Below, piece by piece: positions 39,884-50,611 of a DNA stretch of 57,171 nt (the first letter of the stretch is position 1; every line of letters starts with the position of its first letter). The position numbers and the translations under genes are program-made. The DNA is from Patescibacteria group bacterium. Its GTDB lineage: Bacteria; Patescibacteriota; Minisyncoccia; JAHISW01; Tagabacteraceae. Where the stretch lies: contig JBHPEK010000003.1 in the NCBI GenBank assembly GCA_042577045.1, positions 1-57,171 of the forward strand. The letters are read 5' to 3'. The notes below the pieces were generated by a model. The model had not been told where the DNA came from. It saw only the letters and a list, made by a program, of their open reading frames with translations, and searched no databases.

Positions 39884-40779
39884 GTATTCTTTTTAAAGTA
39901 ATTTCTCCGATATTTCAAAAAGTCCTTTCTCAAACCAAGAGCAATATCTCCAATAGGAAATTTTTGGTCATTTATGTCAGTCACCGGCCAAACCAATTTG
40001 GTTGTAGAGGCAACAAATACCTCATCAGAATCAAGTAAATCCGATTCCCAAATAACTCCTTCTTCTACCTTATGTCCCCGTTTTTTAGCCAAATCAATCA
40101 CAACTCCACGAGTTACCCCGTGTAGTATATCGTTTAAGGCAGTTTTTATCATAACCCCATCGCCAATCTTTTGAACAATAAAGAAATTACCCGTAGAAGT
40201 TTCCAAAACCTGTTTTTTGTTTACATACAAAATATCACCAAAAATACGACCACCCCACCGAGAAGTAACAACTCGAGCAACAGAATAATTAATGTGCTTT
40301 GAATATGGAAAATCTCTTTGATATAAAACCTTCTTTAACTTCAAACCTTTAGACCTTCCAAACCTAGGAAGAGTAAAAGGAGAAGCCATAATATACAAGC
40401 TAGAGGAACCCACTGGGTTTAACCCATCTTCTGTGTGTCCGCCTGTTACATATACTCTTACCAAAGAATCTGAAAGTTTATTCTCTCTAAGAACCGATGA
40501 AATTTTATCTTTTAAAAAAGTCTTAAATTCAAAAGAAAGCCTTTCTGGTTCTCTTGGAAAAGGCAAGCACAGATTATTCATTGAGTCAGTTAAACGATCT
40601 AGGTGGTCATCCATATGAAAAACAACATTTTCCCTAGCTTCCATTACTTCAAAAACGGCCCAACCTCTCCAAATTAAATCCTTGAAAAGATTAATTGACG
40701 GCCAAATAGAAATATCTACCAAGCCAGAGTAGTCTTCATTTACCACATAACCAATCTCTCCCAATTCACTTAGGTTCAC
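39880..40779 (-). CDS. Class IV (branched-chain / D-amino-acid) aminotransferase family protein
   Basis: Fold-type IV pattern: a K..NY lysine motif (SKHINY), VYVTGG and GVTRG...EVF..ST. GTG start with AGGAGG 5 nt upstream. Confidence 0.78.
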   Translation of the reverse strand: MNLSELGEIGYVVNEDYSGLVDISIWPSINLFKDLIWRGWAVFEVMEARENVVFHMDDHLDRLTDSMNNLCLPFPREPERLSFEFKTFLKDKISSVLRENKLSDSLVRVYVTGGHTEDGLNPVGSSSLYIMASPFTLPRFGRSKGLKLKKVLYQRDFPYSKHINYSVARVVTSRWGGRIFGDILYVNKKQVLETSTGNFFIVQKIGDGVMIKTALNDILHGVTRGVVIDLAKKRGHKVEEGVIWESDLLDSDEVFVASTTKLVWPVTDINDQKFPIGDIALGLRKDFLKYRRNYFKKNT

Positions 40780-40788
40780 TTTTACCTC

Positions 40789-41442
40789 CTATTGTTTCAA
40801 AGAACTGTTGTATTCATTTAAAATATACTGCAAAAGCGGATTGTTGGGGTTGTTTCTTAAACCCTCTTCCAATATATCATCTGCTAAAGATTCCTTCTCT
40901 TTATAAGAATATATATAAAGCTCGTGAAGTTTCTGATAATTCATAATCATTTCGGGGTCATTGGTTATTGCCTTTCTGTAATTAATTTCAGAACGAGCAT
41001 AGTCTGGTAAATACAAGTGGTATAAATCTCCTAAATTATGAAAAGCTACTGACCCATGTGGCCGAATCAAACTAGCATATTCCCAAGCTTCTTGCACGCT
41101 TTTATAGTCTTCAGCTAGCTTAAAAAATAACCCTAATTGTAACCAATTTTGATAATTATCTAAGTCTTCTTTTAACTGTCCTCTAATATATTCAATATCT
41201 AAAATAGTTTGTTTCTTGGCTCCCTCTGACAGCTCGCTGTAAAAAATTATTTCTTTGTACAAATCAGGAATAGGAATTTCCTTATTTACTCCGACCTCCG
41301 GGGTTGATGTAGACGGAGTAGAAATAGTTTCTTCTAAACTAGAATCGTCCCTGTTTAAATCTTTATAAATAAACCAGCCAGACATACTGCTAATTGCCAC
41401 CAAAACAAGAATTAAATAAAATATTTTTTTCATAGTAGTCAT
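40789..41442 (-). CDS. Membrane-anchored TPR-repeat protein
   Basis: N-terminal TM helix followed by TPR-like W..LG..Y......A...Y..A periodicity. Confidence 0.6.
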   Translation of the reverse strand: MTTMKKIFYLILVLVAISSMSGWFIYKDLNRDDSSLEETISTPSTSTPEVGVNKEIPIPDLYKEIIFYSELSEGAKKQTILDIEYIRGQLKEDLDNYQNWLQLGLFFKLAEDYKSVQEAWEYASLIRPHGSVAFHNLGDLYHLYLPDYARSEINYRKAITNDPEMIMNYQKLHELYIYSYKEKESLADDILEEGLRNNPNNPLLQYILNEYNSSLKQ

Positions 41443-41489
41443 ACTACCCTGCCCGCTATGCTAGTGCAAGCGTTGCAGGCGGGCAAAAC

Positions 41490-41515
41490 AAAAGCCCCCT
41501 GAAAAGGGGGCTTTT
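41490..41515 (-). terminator. Hairpin AAAAGCCCCC-TGAAAA-GGGGGCTTTT after the 1192-aa gene
   Basis: 10-bp stem with a T-run, 28 nt after the stop at 41543. Confidence 0.7.
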
Positions 41516-41542
41516 GCCGAGCATCACAAGTACTCCAGTAAA

Positions 41543-44500
41543 TTAGTTTGCGCTTGTAAGAGTTTCGCTTCCCATGTTTGTTGAAGGTAATCCCAACAAA
41601 CCATAACCGTTTGTGTAGTCTTGGTCACTTGTAGCTATCGAGCTAGTCGTAGAATTAGGTGACCAGATAAAATCATCGTTTGTATCTGCATCTATTTCTG
41701 ACCCTTGAGCCATACTAATTGTAGGATAAGCAGCATCACCTAGAAGTTTAACTACAATGTTCTCTGTGCCAGTCTCGGTTTCTACACTAGCAACATTTGC
41801 TCTCAACTCGAAGTACCTAGTATCTCCGGCAGGAACTTCATAAGTAGTTGTAGCACTGCCATCTTCCATCCAAATTTGGATGTCTCCACCGCTTGGGGTG
41901 TCTGTTATAGCTGTTGCATATCTTGATTCAGCATTTAACAAACCAGTTGTAGAGAATGTAGTATCCTCGTTAGAGAAACTACTGTCTGTGAATGCGTACA
42001 ATCCATAGTTGGTTGTTGTTGCAGTCTTGGTTGATGAACTGATGTTAAATGTAAACTTGTACATATATGCATCTCCTGCATCATCTGCTGTAACACTAAA
42101 CCTATATATTGGAAGTGCAGAATCAGTTTGCAAAGTGTTTGAGTCCAAATCAACCTGAGCAAAAGTTGGGGATGACTTCATAATCCTGACACCAGTTGGG
42201 GTTACGTCGCTTGATGTACCATCAATTGTTTGTCCAGAAGATACACCCTTGCCATAGTTACCATTGGCACTTCCGTTTGAATCACCGTCGTAAGTAACTA
42301 TCAGTAAGTCACCCGATGCAATCAATGGACCAACAGTACCGGAAATTCCAGAAATGTTACCCTTAATTGTCATCGTCTTGGTTCCACCAGAAGGAACTCT
42401 AAACTTCTTTGTAGCAATCAGTGTAGATGTAGCGTAGTCGCTTGTAGAGAATTCTGCTGTGCCAATTTGACTAGATCCATCCCACAAAGTAACTTGCCTT
42501 CCAATTAAATCTAATGGTGTATTGGAAGCATTAGTACTCAACTGGAAATTAACCCTTTCAATGTCAATATCTTCGTTAACTGCAGCAAACTTCAATTTTA
42601 GAAGTGTAACTCCTGTAGCACCAGCAGATACAACTGTGTATCCAGGTGTAGAGTCGTCATCAACTGTGTATGTACCTTCAGCAGCAATTGTCATTGTTTG
42701 CCCAACACTATCGGTTTCAGATTCGGAAACATCCTGACCAGAAGTTATTCCGGTTGGTGTTGGATCTGAATCTGAGTCATAACCAAACTCAAAAGTGTCG
42801 TTAGCTGTAGCATTTCCAGCAACATCACACTTCAACGCTAATGTCTTTGAAGTTCCCTTAGGAATGACCAAAGTAGTGTCAAATGTGTAAGCTGTTCCTG
42901 AAGCAGCAGCCGTAGGACTTACAACATTGCTTCCTGTTATTAACTGTTCGCCTCCTTCCCACAAAGCACAATTACTCATTGTAGTTGGGTTTGCACTAGC
43001 ATCATACGCCAAAGGTAGAGAAGTCAAAGCGACATCTTCACCAGAGTTACCTGCGTCTAATACATAGTTTGCGAAATTAAATTCGTTTACACCAGCGATA
43101 ATAGTTTGAGATAGTGGCAAAGAAGAAACACTAATTGCCAATGCCCCAGCCTTAACCGTCATGGTGTTAGCTGTTACATCTCCCGTTGGAGCAGGTGTAA
43201 TTGTAACTCCGGTTGTCTGACCTGTTACAGTTGAAAAATCTGTGTCTGGTGTAGTAGAAGCTATGAAAGTATCATCACTTTCAAAGTTTGTAGACAACTT
43301 ACCTTTCAAAGTATAGAGCCCCTTTCCAACTGGGAAAGTAACTGTGTCTGTGAAAGTAATTGTAGTAACTAGAGCAGCACCTGTTGCGTCAACAGGACCA
43401 GCCACAATGCTTCCATTTGCGTCATACAAAGTAACATTGTCAATAGAAGTTCCAGTAGGTGTAGCACTTCCACCATTGTTGGTGATCATACCGTTGAACA
43501 CCATTTGCCCAACTGAAACTGGTTCACCTTTTACTTCAATGTGGAAACCACCCAATGGTTGATCAGAGACATTGATAGCAACATTCTGAGCTTCTACTGC
43601 CGTACCCTTGGAAACTGTAATGCTTCCAGCGGCTACGGTTACAACTGAAGCGTTATACCATGGCTGTGACGTAGCAAAACCCGTTCCTGATGTAGGAGGA
43701 GTCAAGCCATACTTATAAGTTTCTCCAGTTAGATAAAGGTCTGTAGTCTTGTAAAGATCAAAGGCAATTGTTCTTGCCGAACCACCGATAACGTCACCTT
43801 TAACATAAATTTCTTTAGAGAAACCTTTGTCAATAAGAATTCCACCACTAAATGTTGAGGTGTAATACTTACCATCGGAACTTACAATTGTGTCATAAGC
43901 AGTACCATCAATGTAAGTCTTTACATTTTCCATATCATCAGCACTTGCTGAGCCAGACTGATTCCACCTAATTGAGTGTAATCTTACTTTTTCAGCAGAG
44001 CCAGCTGTTATTCTTATGGAAGTAAATGTATAACCAGTTGTTCCTACTTCTTTATCAGCATCTGCATTTGGGTCAAGAGGCCCTCTTGCATTTGTGATAG
44101 AGCCTATTGTCAAAGTTTCGTTGATTGTTTGACTAGAGCCTGTGATAGGCAATAAACCATTTACAGTAGCTGAAGAATTTACAGTAATCAAAGAAAGATA
44201 ACCAGCTTGTCCAGCATTTGATGTAGAAGGAGCAGCAGACAATGCATTACCAACGATGGTCATTGTCCTTGTGCTTCCAGCTTTAACAACAAAGTCTTCA
44301 CTCAATGTTACTTGATGTGAAGAGTTCAAAGTTTTAGCTAGGCCAATCTGTATATCATTTTCATCAACTAATGCAACTCCGCTAAATGCGTCGTCATCCA
44401 AAAGGCCAGTCCTTTCTACCACAATACTGTCAACTGTTACGTCACCATCTGCTGATGCAGTAAAGTTAACTACTGTGAAAGGAACTCTTGTAGCCGCAAC

Positions 44501-45121
44501 CGGGAAAAGTCCCGCTCCTGGTTGTGTGCCCATAGTAACTGTCAAACCAGTTCCTACTGGAGTTGGAGTTGTTGTGTCTCCACCTGAAGTGTCTCCACCA
44601 GATGTATCACCACCACTCGTACATGTTCCGTAAAGAGCGTTCAATTTAGCCCTAGACATAGAACCAACATAACCAGTTCCCGCGCTAAGACCAATTGGGG
44701 TCAAAACTTCAGAAGCGTATTTGTCCTGAAACTTGATAACCGCACCTTTGGTCAAAGAACCGAAATACGATGACTCACTTCCAGAAGAACCAATACCAGA
44801 AGCTGCGACTTGAGTTGCTGAATCGGAGTTAAGAACTTTCTGAAGATTCATCACGTCAGCGCCCGTGTCTCCCATACTAAGATTGGTTGAGAAAGTGTAG
44901 CCACACACAGCACCTGAAGTTCCACCGCTTTGCAAACCAGAAAGTTGTGCTTGCAATGTTGAAATCATTGCTAACAAACTAGAGATCTGCGCTTGGAGTT
45001 CTTCAATTGTCTGCGCATGTACAGCTACTGGCATTAGGGCAGCTGCCCCAGAAAGCCACACAGCTGTTGTGACGCTTAGAAAAGCGGAAGTTAATCTTCC
45101 AGTCTTCTTGAATTTACTCAT
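41543..45121 (-). CDS. Large secreted cell-surface protein (signal peptide, coiled segment, peptidoglycan-binding domain, TSGGD linker, long beta-rich T/S/G/V region)
   Basis: The signal peptide ends ...AVHAQ. The segment GDTGADVMNLQKVLN...FGSLTKGAVIKFQ resembles PG_binding_1. The gene is noticeably more GC-rich than its flanks. Confidence 0.75.
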   Translation of the reverse strand: MSKFKKTGRLTSAFLSVTTAVWLSGAAALMPVAVHAQTIEELQAQISSLLAMISTLQAQLSGLQSGGTSGAVCGYTFSTNLSMGDTGADVMNLQKVLNSDSATQVAASGIGSSGSESSYFGSLTKGAVIKFQDKYASEVLTPIGLSAGTGYVGSMSRAKLNALYGTCTSGGDTSGGDTSGGDTTTPTPVGTGLTVTMGTQPGAGLFPVAATRVPFTVVNFTASADGDVTVDSIVVERTGLLDDDAFSGVALVDENDIQIGLAKTLNSSHQVTLSEDFVVKAGSTRTMTIVGNALSAAPSTSNAGQAGYLSLITVNSSATVNGLLPITGSSQTINETLTIGSITNARGPLDPNADADKEVGTTGYTFTSIRITAGSAEKVRLHSIRWNQSGSASADDMENVKTYIDGTAYDTIVSSDGKYYTSTFSGGILIDKGFSKEIYVKGDVIGGSARTIAFDLYKTTDLYLTGETYKYGLTPPTSGTGFATSQPWYNASVVTVAAGSITVSKGTAVEAQNVAINVSDQPLGGFHIEVKGEPVSVGQMVFNGMITNNGGSATPTGTSIDNVTLYDANGSIVAGPVDATGAALVTTITFTDTVTFPVGKGLYTLKGKLSTNFESDDTFIASTTPDTDFSTVTGQTTGVTITPAPTGDVTANTMTVKAGALAISVSSLPLSQTIIAGVNEFNFANYVLDAGNSGEDVALTSLPLAYDASANPTTMSNCALWEGGEQLITGSNVVSPTAAASGTAYTFDTTLVIPKGTSKTLALKCDVAGNATANDTFEFGYDSDSDPTPTGITSGQDVSESETDSVGQTMTIAAEGTYTVDDDSTPGYTVVSAGATGVTLLKLKFAAVNEDIDIERVNFQLSTNASNTPLDLIGRQVTLWDGSSQIGTAEFSTSDYATSTLIATKKFRVPSGGTKTMTIKGNISGISGTVGPLIASGDLLIVTYDGDSNGSANGNYGKGVSSGQTIDGTSSDVTPTGVRIMKSSPTFAQVDLDSNTLQTDSALPIYRFSVTADDAGDAYMYKFTFNISSSTKTATTTNYGLYAFTDSSFSNEDTTFSTTGLLNAESRYATAITDTPSGGDIQIWMEDGSATTTYEVPAGDTRYFELRANVASVETETGTENIVVKLLGDAAYPTISMAQGSEIDADTNDDFIWSPNSTTSSIATSDQDYTNGYGLLGLPSTNMGSETLTSAN

Positions 45122-45456
45122 AATAATTTTAATTAATATGCATGAGTTTAATTTGGCCTCGACTTTCCGCCTGGGGCGAAAAAACCAAACGTTTTACCTC
45201 ATGACTTTTAAACTATACACCTAATAAATTTCTTGAATATTGAACCCTTACAATACTCTCGGTTTCAAATTTTGAATTTTGATACGACCAAAAAACTAAA
45301 ACCAAAGATTGTCGACCGGGTTCTATATTGATTCAAAAATAAAATAAAATAAACTCTTAATTTTCAATGTACCACCCACACCTCAAATACATTCTAGCAC
45401 CCTGCATTTGCATATCTATATTATAATTTCGTTGTATTCAGCCTGCAAACATACTG

Positions 45457-45467
45457 TGTGGATAACT
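45457..45467. promoter_or_regulatory. 11-mer TGTGGATAACT, copy 3
   Basis: It lies in the intergenic region between the 212-aa wHTH gene stop (45540) and the 1192-aa gene start (45121). Confidence 0.5.
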
Positions 45468-45539
45468 TTTCTTAAAGATTATAACAACCAAATATAACGT
45501 CAACAGACAATAAAACAAAAGAACAAAAACATAAAATTG

Positions 45540-46178
45540 TCAAGCAATAAAGTATCTCCGCCACCGCTTATCACCTTGTTTTTTAAGTATTCCCCCCTTA
45601 ACCATACTCACTAAGTCTCTTTGGATTGTTTTCTCGCTAAATTCAGTAAAAACTGCAGATAATTCACCTATACTAACATCTTTTTTCTCCCTAATGATGT
45701 TCAAGATTTTATCCTTTCGTGAACTGTTTTTATTATGTCTGATAGCATTGTTCTGTCCATTAGAATGTCCGATAGGTTGTTTTTGCTTCGGCGGTTCGGG
45801 TAATTCTAGTGCGGATTCATCTAAATCAAGTTTTATAAAATGCTGTTTCTGTTTCTGCTTAGAAATGATGGTTTTGGCAGACCTATATTCATCGCCTAAA
45901 ATCTCAAAATTAACACTGGAAACGGTCTTACTTTCTTGGAACAAAGAAAGTAAAGCAACTAGCTGGTCAATCAAATTTTCTATCTTCTCAACTTTGCTAT
46001 TTTTTTCTAAAGTAGAGTCATTTTTCAAAGAAATTAAGACGCTAAAGATGATTACAGATTTTTCTCGAATTTCCCATTTCATAGGTTCTCTGTCAAGCAA
46101 AAGATCCGTAACCCGATAGACCGCCTCGGTTATTTTTTGAATTCTATCACAAATATATGCTAATTGATTGTTTGACAT
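45540..46178 (-). CDS. DNA-binding protein with a C-terminal DeoR-type winged helix
   Basis: The C-terminal KILNIIREKKDVSIGELSAVFTEFSEKTIQRDLVSMVKGGILKK matches the DeoR-type HTH pattern. The ATG is only 19 nt after the tRNA-Ile 3' end. Confidence 0.6.
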   Translation of the reverse strand: MSNNQLAYICDRIQKITEAVYRVTDLLLDREPMKWEIREKSVIIFSVLISLKNDSTLEKNSKVEKIENLIDQLVALLSLFQESKTVSSVNFEILGDEYRSAKTIISKQKQKQHFIKLDLDESALELPEPPKQKQPIGHSNGQNNAIRHNKNSSRKDKILNIIREKKDVSIGELSAVFTEFSEKTIQRDLVSMVKGGILKKQGDKRWRRYFIA

Positions 46179-46197
46179 AATAAATTTTATTGCCGAG

Positions 46198-46269
46198 TGG
46201 GCGTACCAGGGATCGAACCTGGGACCTCTATCTTATCAGGATAGCGTTCTACCACTGAACTATACGCCC
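46198..46269 (-). tRNA. tRNA-Ile (anticodon GAT), no encoded CCA
   Basis: Hand-folded cloverleaf: acceptor GGGCGTA/TACGCCC, D arm GTTC/GAAC, anticodon stem CTATC/GATAG with loop CTGATAA, and T arm CCAGG-TTCGATC-CCTGG. Confidence 0.9.
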
Positions 46270-46289
46270 TAACTTAATTTATAATACCA

Positions 46290-46319
46290 AAAGACCGTTG
46301 TTTTGCAACAACGGTCTTT
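46290..46319 (-). other. 13-bp perfect hairpin AAAGACCGTTGTT-TTGC-AACAACGGTCTTT between 16S and tRNA-Ile
   Basis: Read directly. It may be a spacer processing or attenuator structure. Confidence 0.5.
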
Positions 46320-46333
46320 ATGTAATAATACAC

Positions 46334-46349
46334 TTTATTTTGTTCCGTT
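46334..46349 (-). other. 3' arm of the 16S precursor stem (pairs with 48118-48134)
   Basis: 16 consecutive complementary nucleotides (AACGGAACAAAAUAAA / UUUAUUUUGUUCCGUU). Confidence 0.7.
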
Positions 46350-46449
46350 AGTCGAGATTTAGGGCTCATCGACTAAAACCCATATTCACAATATGCATAA
46401 AATGCAATTAGTGAAATCGGCCTAATTGTTTTGACGAAGAGTCAAAACG

Positions 46450-48048
<1,599 letters not shown>

Positions 48049-48117
48049 ATACTACCCCGATCTTGCGGGTCGGAGTAAAAAATCTTACACCACATTGAGA
48101 ATGGGTAAGATTTGAAT

Positions 48118-48134
48118 AAACGGAACAAAATAAA
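48118..48134 (-). other. 5' arm of the 16S precursor stem
   Basis: See 46334-46349. Confidence 0.7.
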
Positions 48135-48158
48135 ATATATTATCAATGTACACTATTT

Positions 48159-48186
48159 ATTATATTTTTTAATCGCTAAATGTCAA
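48159..48186 (-). promoter_or_regulatory. Consensus sigma-70 promoter TTGACA-16 nt-TATAAT upstream of 16S
   Basis: Both hexamers are perfect on the minus strand, about 110 nt upstream of the mature 16S 5' end. Confidence 0.6.
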
Positions 48187-48239
48187 GCCAGATACCAAAT
48201 ATAAAAAAGGTGCGACCGAAGTCGCACTTTATTTTTTTC

Positions 48240-48434
48240 TTAGACAAGCCTTCTTGCCTGCATTCCCATTTCTTTCCAATTATGATATCTATTTTTCATC
48301 ATTGTTTCTGCGTCTTTTTGGTTCTTTACTGCTACAATCTCATCATCTTTGTTCGGCGTAAAACCTGCTGTGCTATCTAAAAGTGCATACTTTCCATCCA
48401 AATCTACAATAACCCAATCACCACTTTGTGCCAT
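48240..48434 (-). CDS. Hypothetical small protein (64 aa)
   Basis: GGGAGG lies 5 nt upstream of the ATG. Confidence 0.5.
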   Translation of the reverse strand: MAQSGDWVIVDLDGKYALLDSTAGFTPNKDDEIVAVKNQKDAETMMKNRYHNWKEMGMQARRLV

Positions 48435-48479
48435 AACAACCTCCCTCTTTTTATTTTTCTTTTCCTCGATATACTAACC

Positions 48480-49415
48480 TTATTTTTTTAGAGCGTCAAG
48501 CTCAAAATAATCTTGAATTCCTAAATATGTCTGCTCTGCAAGACTTTCAAAAATTATAGCGCGTGCAGATGAATATACGAATTGCGTTTCATAAATATAC
48601 CCATATTCAATAAGCAAAGAGGCGCCTTTCCGAGAAGCATTAGACCCAATGGCAATAAGTTCGTGATCTTCAACAATAGTCTCTCTCTCGCCTGGAAAAT
48701 TACTTTTTGGAAAATAGTTTTCGAGTCTTTGCTTAATAGCGCTCGCCAAACCACTGCTTATCTTGTGGTTTGGCAAATGTCTTTCTGGTATGTAAATTAC
48801 AAAACCAGCGTACTCTCCAGACTGACCACGCGCCCGACTTGGATAATCATTAAAATGGACATGAATAACCAGATCAACATTATTATCATTTGCCCATTTA
48901 TTTATACCATAAAGGTTCAAAGAAACATTGTCAGCAGCTGGGTTGTGCTGAACTTTGTTTTCGGCAACAACAAAACCTTTGTCATTTAGAAAACTCATCA
49001 ATCTTTTCGAATAATCTCTAAAAGTACTTATCGCGCTCCATTTTCTGTCTAAATAATCCAAGAACCATCTACTGTATGCGCCATCCCTTTCTCTAATTAT
49101 AAAAGTCTCAAATTTGTTATCTTTTATTAAAATATCAAAAATCTCGTAAGCCATCTCTATATTCAAATCAGACTCTTTAATATTTTTAAAACTGGCGCCA
49201 AAAGAATTGTTATCATGCCCAGGAACAATCAAAATCTTTATTTTGTCTATTTCATATTTGTTCTGAAGATCTTGCTGGGTAATTTTTTCTTCGAAAATTT
49301 TAGAAAAAACAGCAGAAATAGCGCCTGTTCCAAAACCTACATAAGTTGCTCCATAACCAAGGAGGCCAAAAACAAAGAAAACAAAAATGCACAAAACAAG
49401 TCTTTTTATGCTCAT
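48480..49415 (-). CDS. N-acetylmuramoyl-L-alanine amidase (Amidase_3-like), membrane anchored
   Basis: It has ILIVPGHD, LVIHVHFND and LLIEYGYI blocks in the order expected for the zinc amidase fold, plus an N-terminal TM helix. Confidence 0.7.
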   Translation of the reverse strand: MSIKRLVLCIFVFFVFGLLGYGATYVGFGTGAISAVFSKIFEEKITQQDLQNKYEIDKIKILIVPGHDNNSFGASFKNIKESDLNIEMAYEIFDILIKDNKFETFIIRERDGAYSRWFLDYLDRKWSAISTFRDYSKRLMSFLNDKGFVVAENKVQHNPAADNVSLNLYGINKWANDNNVDLVIHVHFNDYPSRARGQSGEYAGFVIYIPERHLPNHKISSGLASAIKQRLENYFPKSNFPGERETIVEDHELIAIGSNASRKGASLLIEYGYIYETQFVYSSARAIIFESLAEQTYLGIQDYFELDALKK

Positions 49416-50524
49416 GTTGCTAGTGTATTAGTTTTACAGATATTTGCATATTCCAACGCGCTTGGACGAATTTTTCGCTCTAAAGTGTCGTAATTCATTT
49501 CAACCAAACCAAATCTCGGCCAATATTTTTTGTCCCATTCAAAATTATCTAGCAAAGACCAGTGAAAATACCCACGCACATCAACTCCATCTTGAATTGT
49601 TTTATGAACAAATCTTAAGTGATCTTTTATAAATTTCTCCCTTTTTTCATCCTTGGAATCAGCCAAACCGTTTTCTGTAATATATATAGGTAAGTTATAT
49701 TTTTTTAAATCTTTTAAAACATGGTAAATTCCTTCTGGGTAAATCTGCCAATTCATATCTGAAACTGGTAAACTTTTATTTTTTGGAAAAAGAAAAGATT
49801 TATAAAAATCCAAACCAATAAAATCCTGGTAATTTTTTATATTATTTAAAAACCAAAAATTCCACCACCAACTAATAAAGATTCCCTTAAGTCCTTGAAA
49901 ATAAAAATTATATTTAGCAATTCCAACCTGGTGCCTAGGTTCATTTGAGTGCAAAACACGATAAGCCAATTTATGTGCCTCAATTAATTTTTTCAAAACA
50001 CGAATATACTTGAAAACACTTTTTTTCTGCGGAGGCCAAATACCTTTTAAATATGAGTGTCCTGTATAAATCTGAGGTTCGTTTATGGTTATCCAAAATC
50101 TCACACTCGAAATAGATTGTGATATTTTTTGCACATATTTTTCAAAATATTTTGGAGCATCTTTATTCAACCACCCACCTTTTTCTGCCAACCAAACTGG
50201 CAAAGTCCAATGATACAAAGTAACAAACGGCTCAATCTCTCTTTCGCGTAAAGCATTAATAACTTTTTGGTAATGTTCAATTTCTTTTTCATCAAATTTT
50301 CCTTCCTCTGGCTCAATGCGCGACCATTCTATAGAAAATCGATGCGCGTTATGTCCCAAAGATTTAGCAATATCAAAGTCCTCTTCAAAACGGCTATAAT
50401 GATCACAAGCCATACCAGCATCAAGAAACGATGACCAGTCATTTTTTATACCACCCTCAACCTGATACGCACTCGTTGCCGAGCCCCAATAAAAATTTTC
50501 AGGAAACCTTAATTTCATAAACAC
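49412..50524 (-). CDS. Glycoside hydrolase family 1 (beta-glucosidase-like), unusually short (370 aa)
   Basis: It has FPENFYWGSATSAYQVEGG, the acid/base TINEP and the nucleophile ITENG. Confidence 0.85.
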   Translation of the reverse strand: MFMKLRFPENFYWGSATSAYQVEGGIKNDWSSFLDAGMACDHYSRFEEDFDIAKSLGHNAHRFSIEWSRIEPEEGKFDEKEIEHYQKVINALREREIEPFVTLYHWTLPVWLAEKGGWLNKDAPKYFEKYVQKISQSISSVRFWITINEPQIYTGHSYLKGIWPPQKKSVFKYIRVLKKLIEAHKLAYRVLHSNEPRHQVGIAKYNFYFQGLKGIFISWWWNFWFLNNIKNYQDFIGLDFYKSFLFPKNKSLPVSDMNWQIYPEGIYHVLKDLKKYNLPIYITENGLADSKDEKREKFIKDHLRFVHKTIQDGVDVRGYFHWSLLDNFEWDKKYWPRFGLVEMNYDTLERKIRPSALEYANICKTNTLAT

Positions 50525-50573
50525 ATTCTACCACCTACCACCACCTACTACAATAATTTAAAACAAAATATTC

Positions 50574-50608
50574 TTGTGAACACCGGGAGTAACACCGGGA
50601 GTTATCAT
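50574..50608. repeat. 35-nt direct repeat TTGTGAACACCGGGAGTAACACCGGGAGTTATCAT, left copy
   Basis: Identical to 51343-51377 in the same orientation. It contains an internal tandem AACACCGGGAGT x2. Confidence 0.9.
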
Positions 50609-50611
50609 AAC

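Noticed and set aside
22260-45467. Replication origin suggested by perfect DnaA boxes (TTATCCACA)
   Set aside because: There are only three boxes and they are 7-16 kb apart. There is no cluster, no adjacent AT-rich unwinding element pattern, and no dnaA or dnaN nearby. They are retained as a possible regulatory motif instead.
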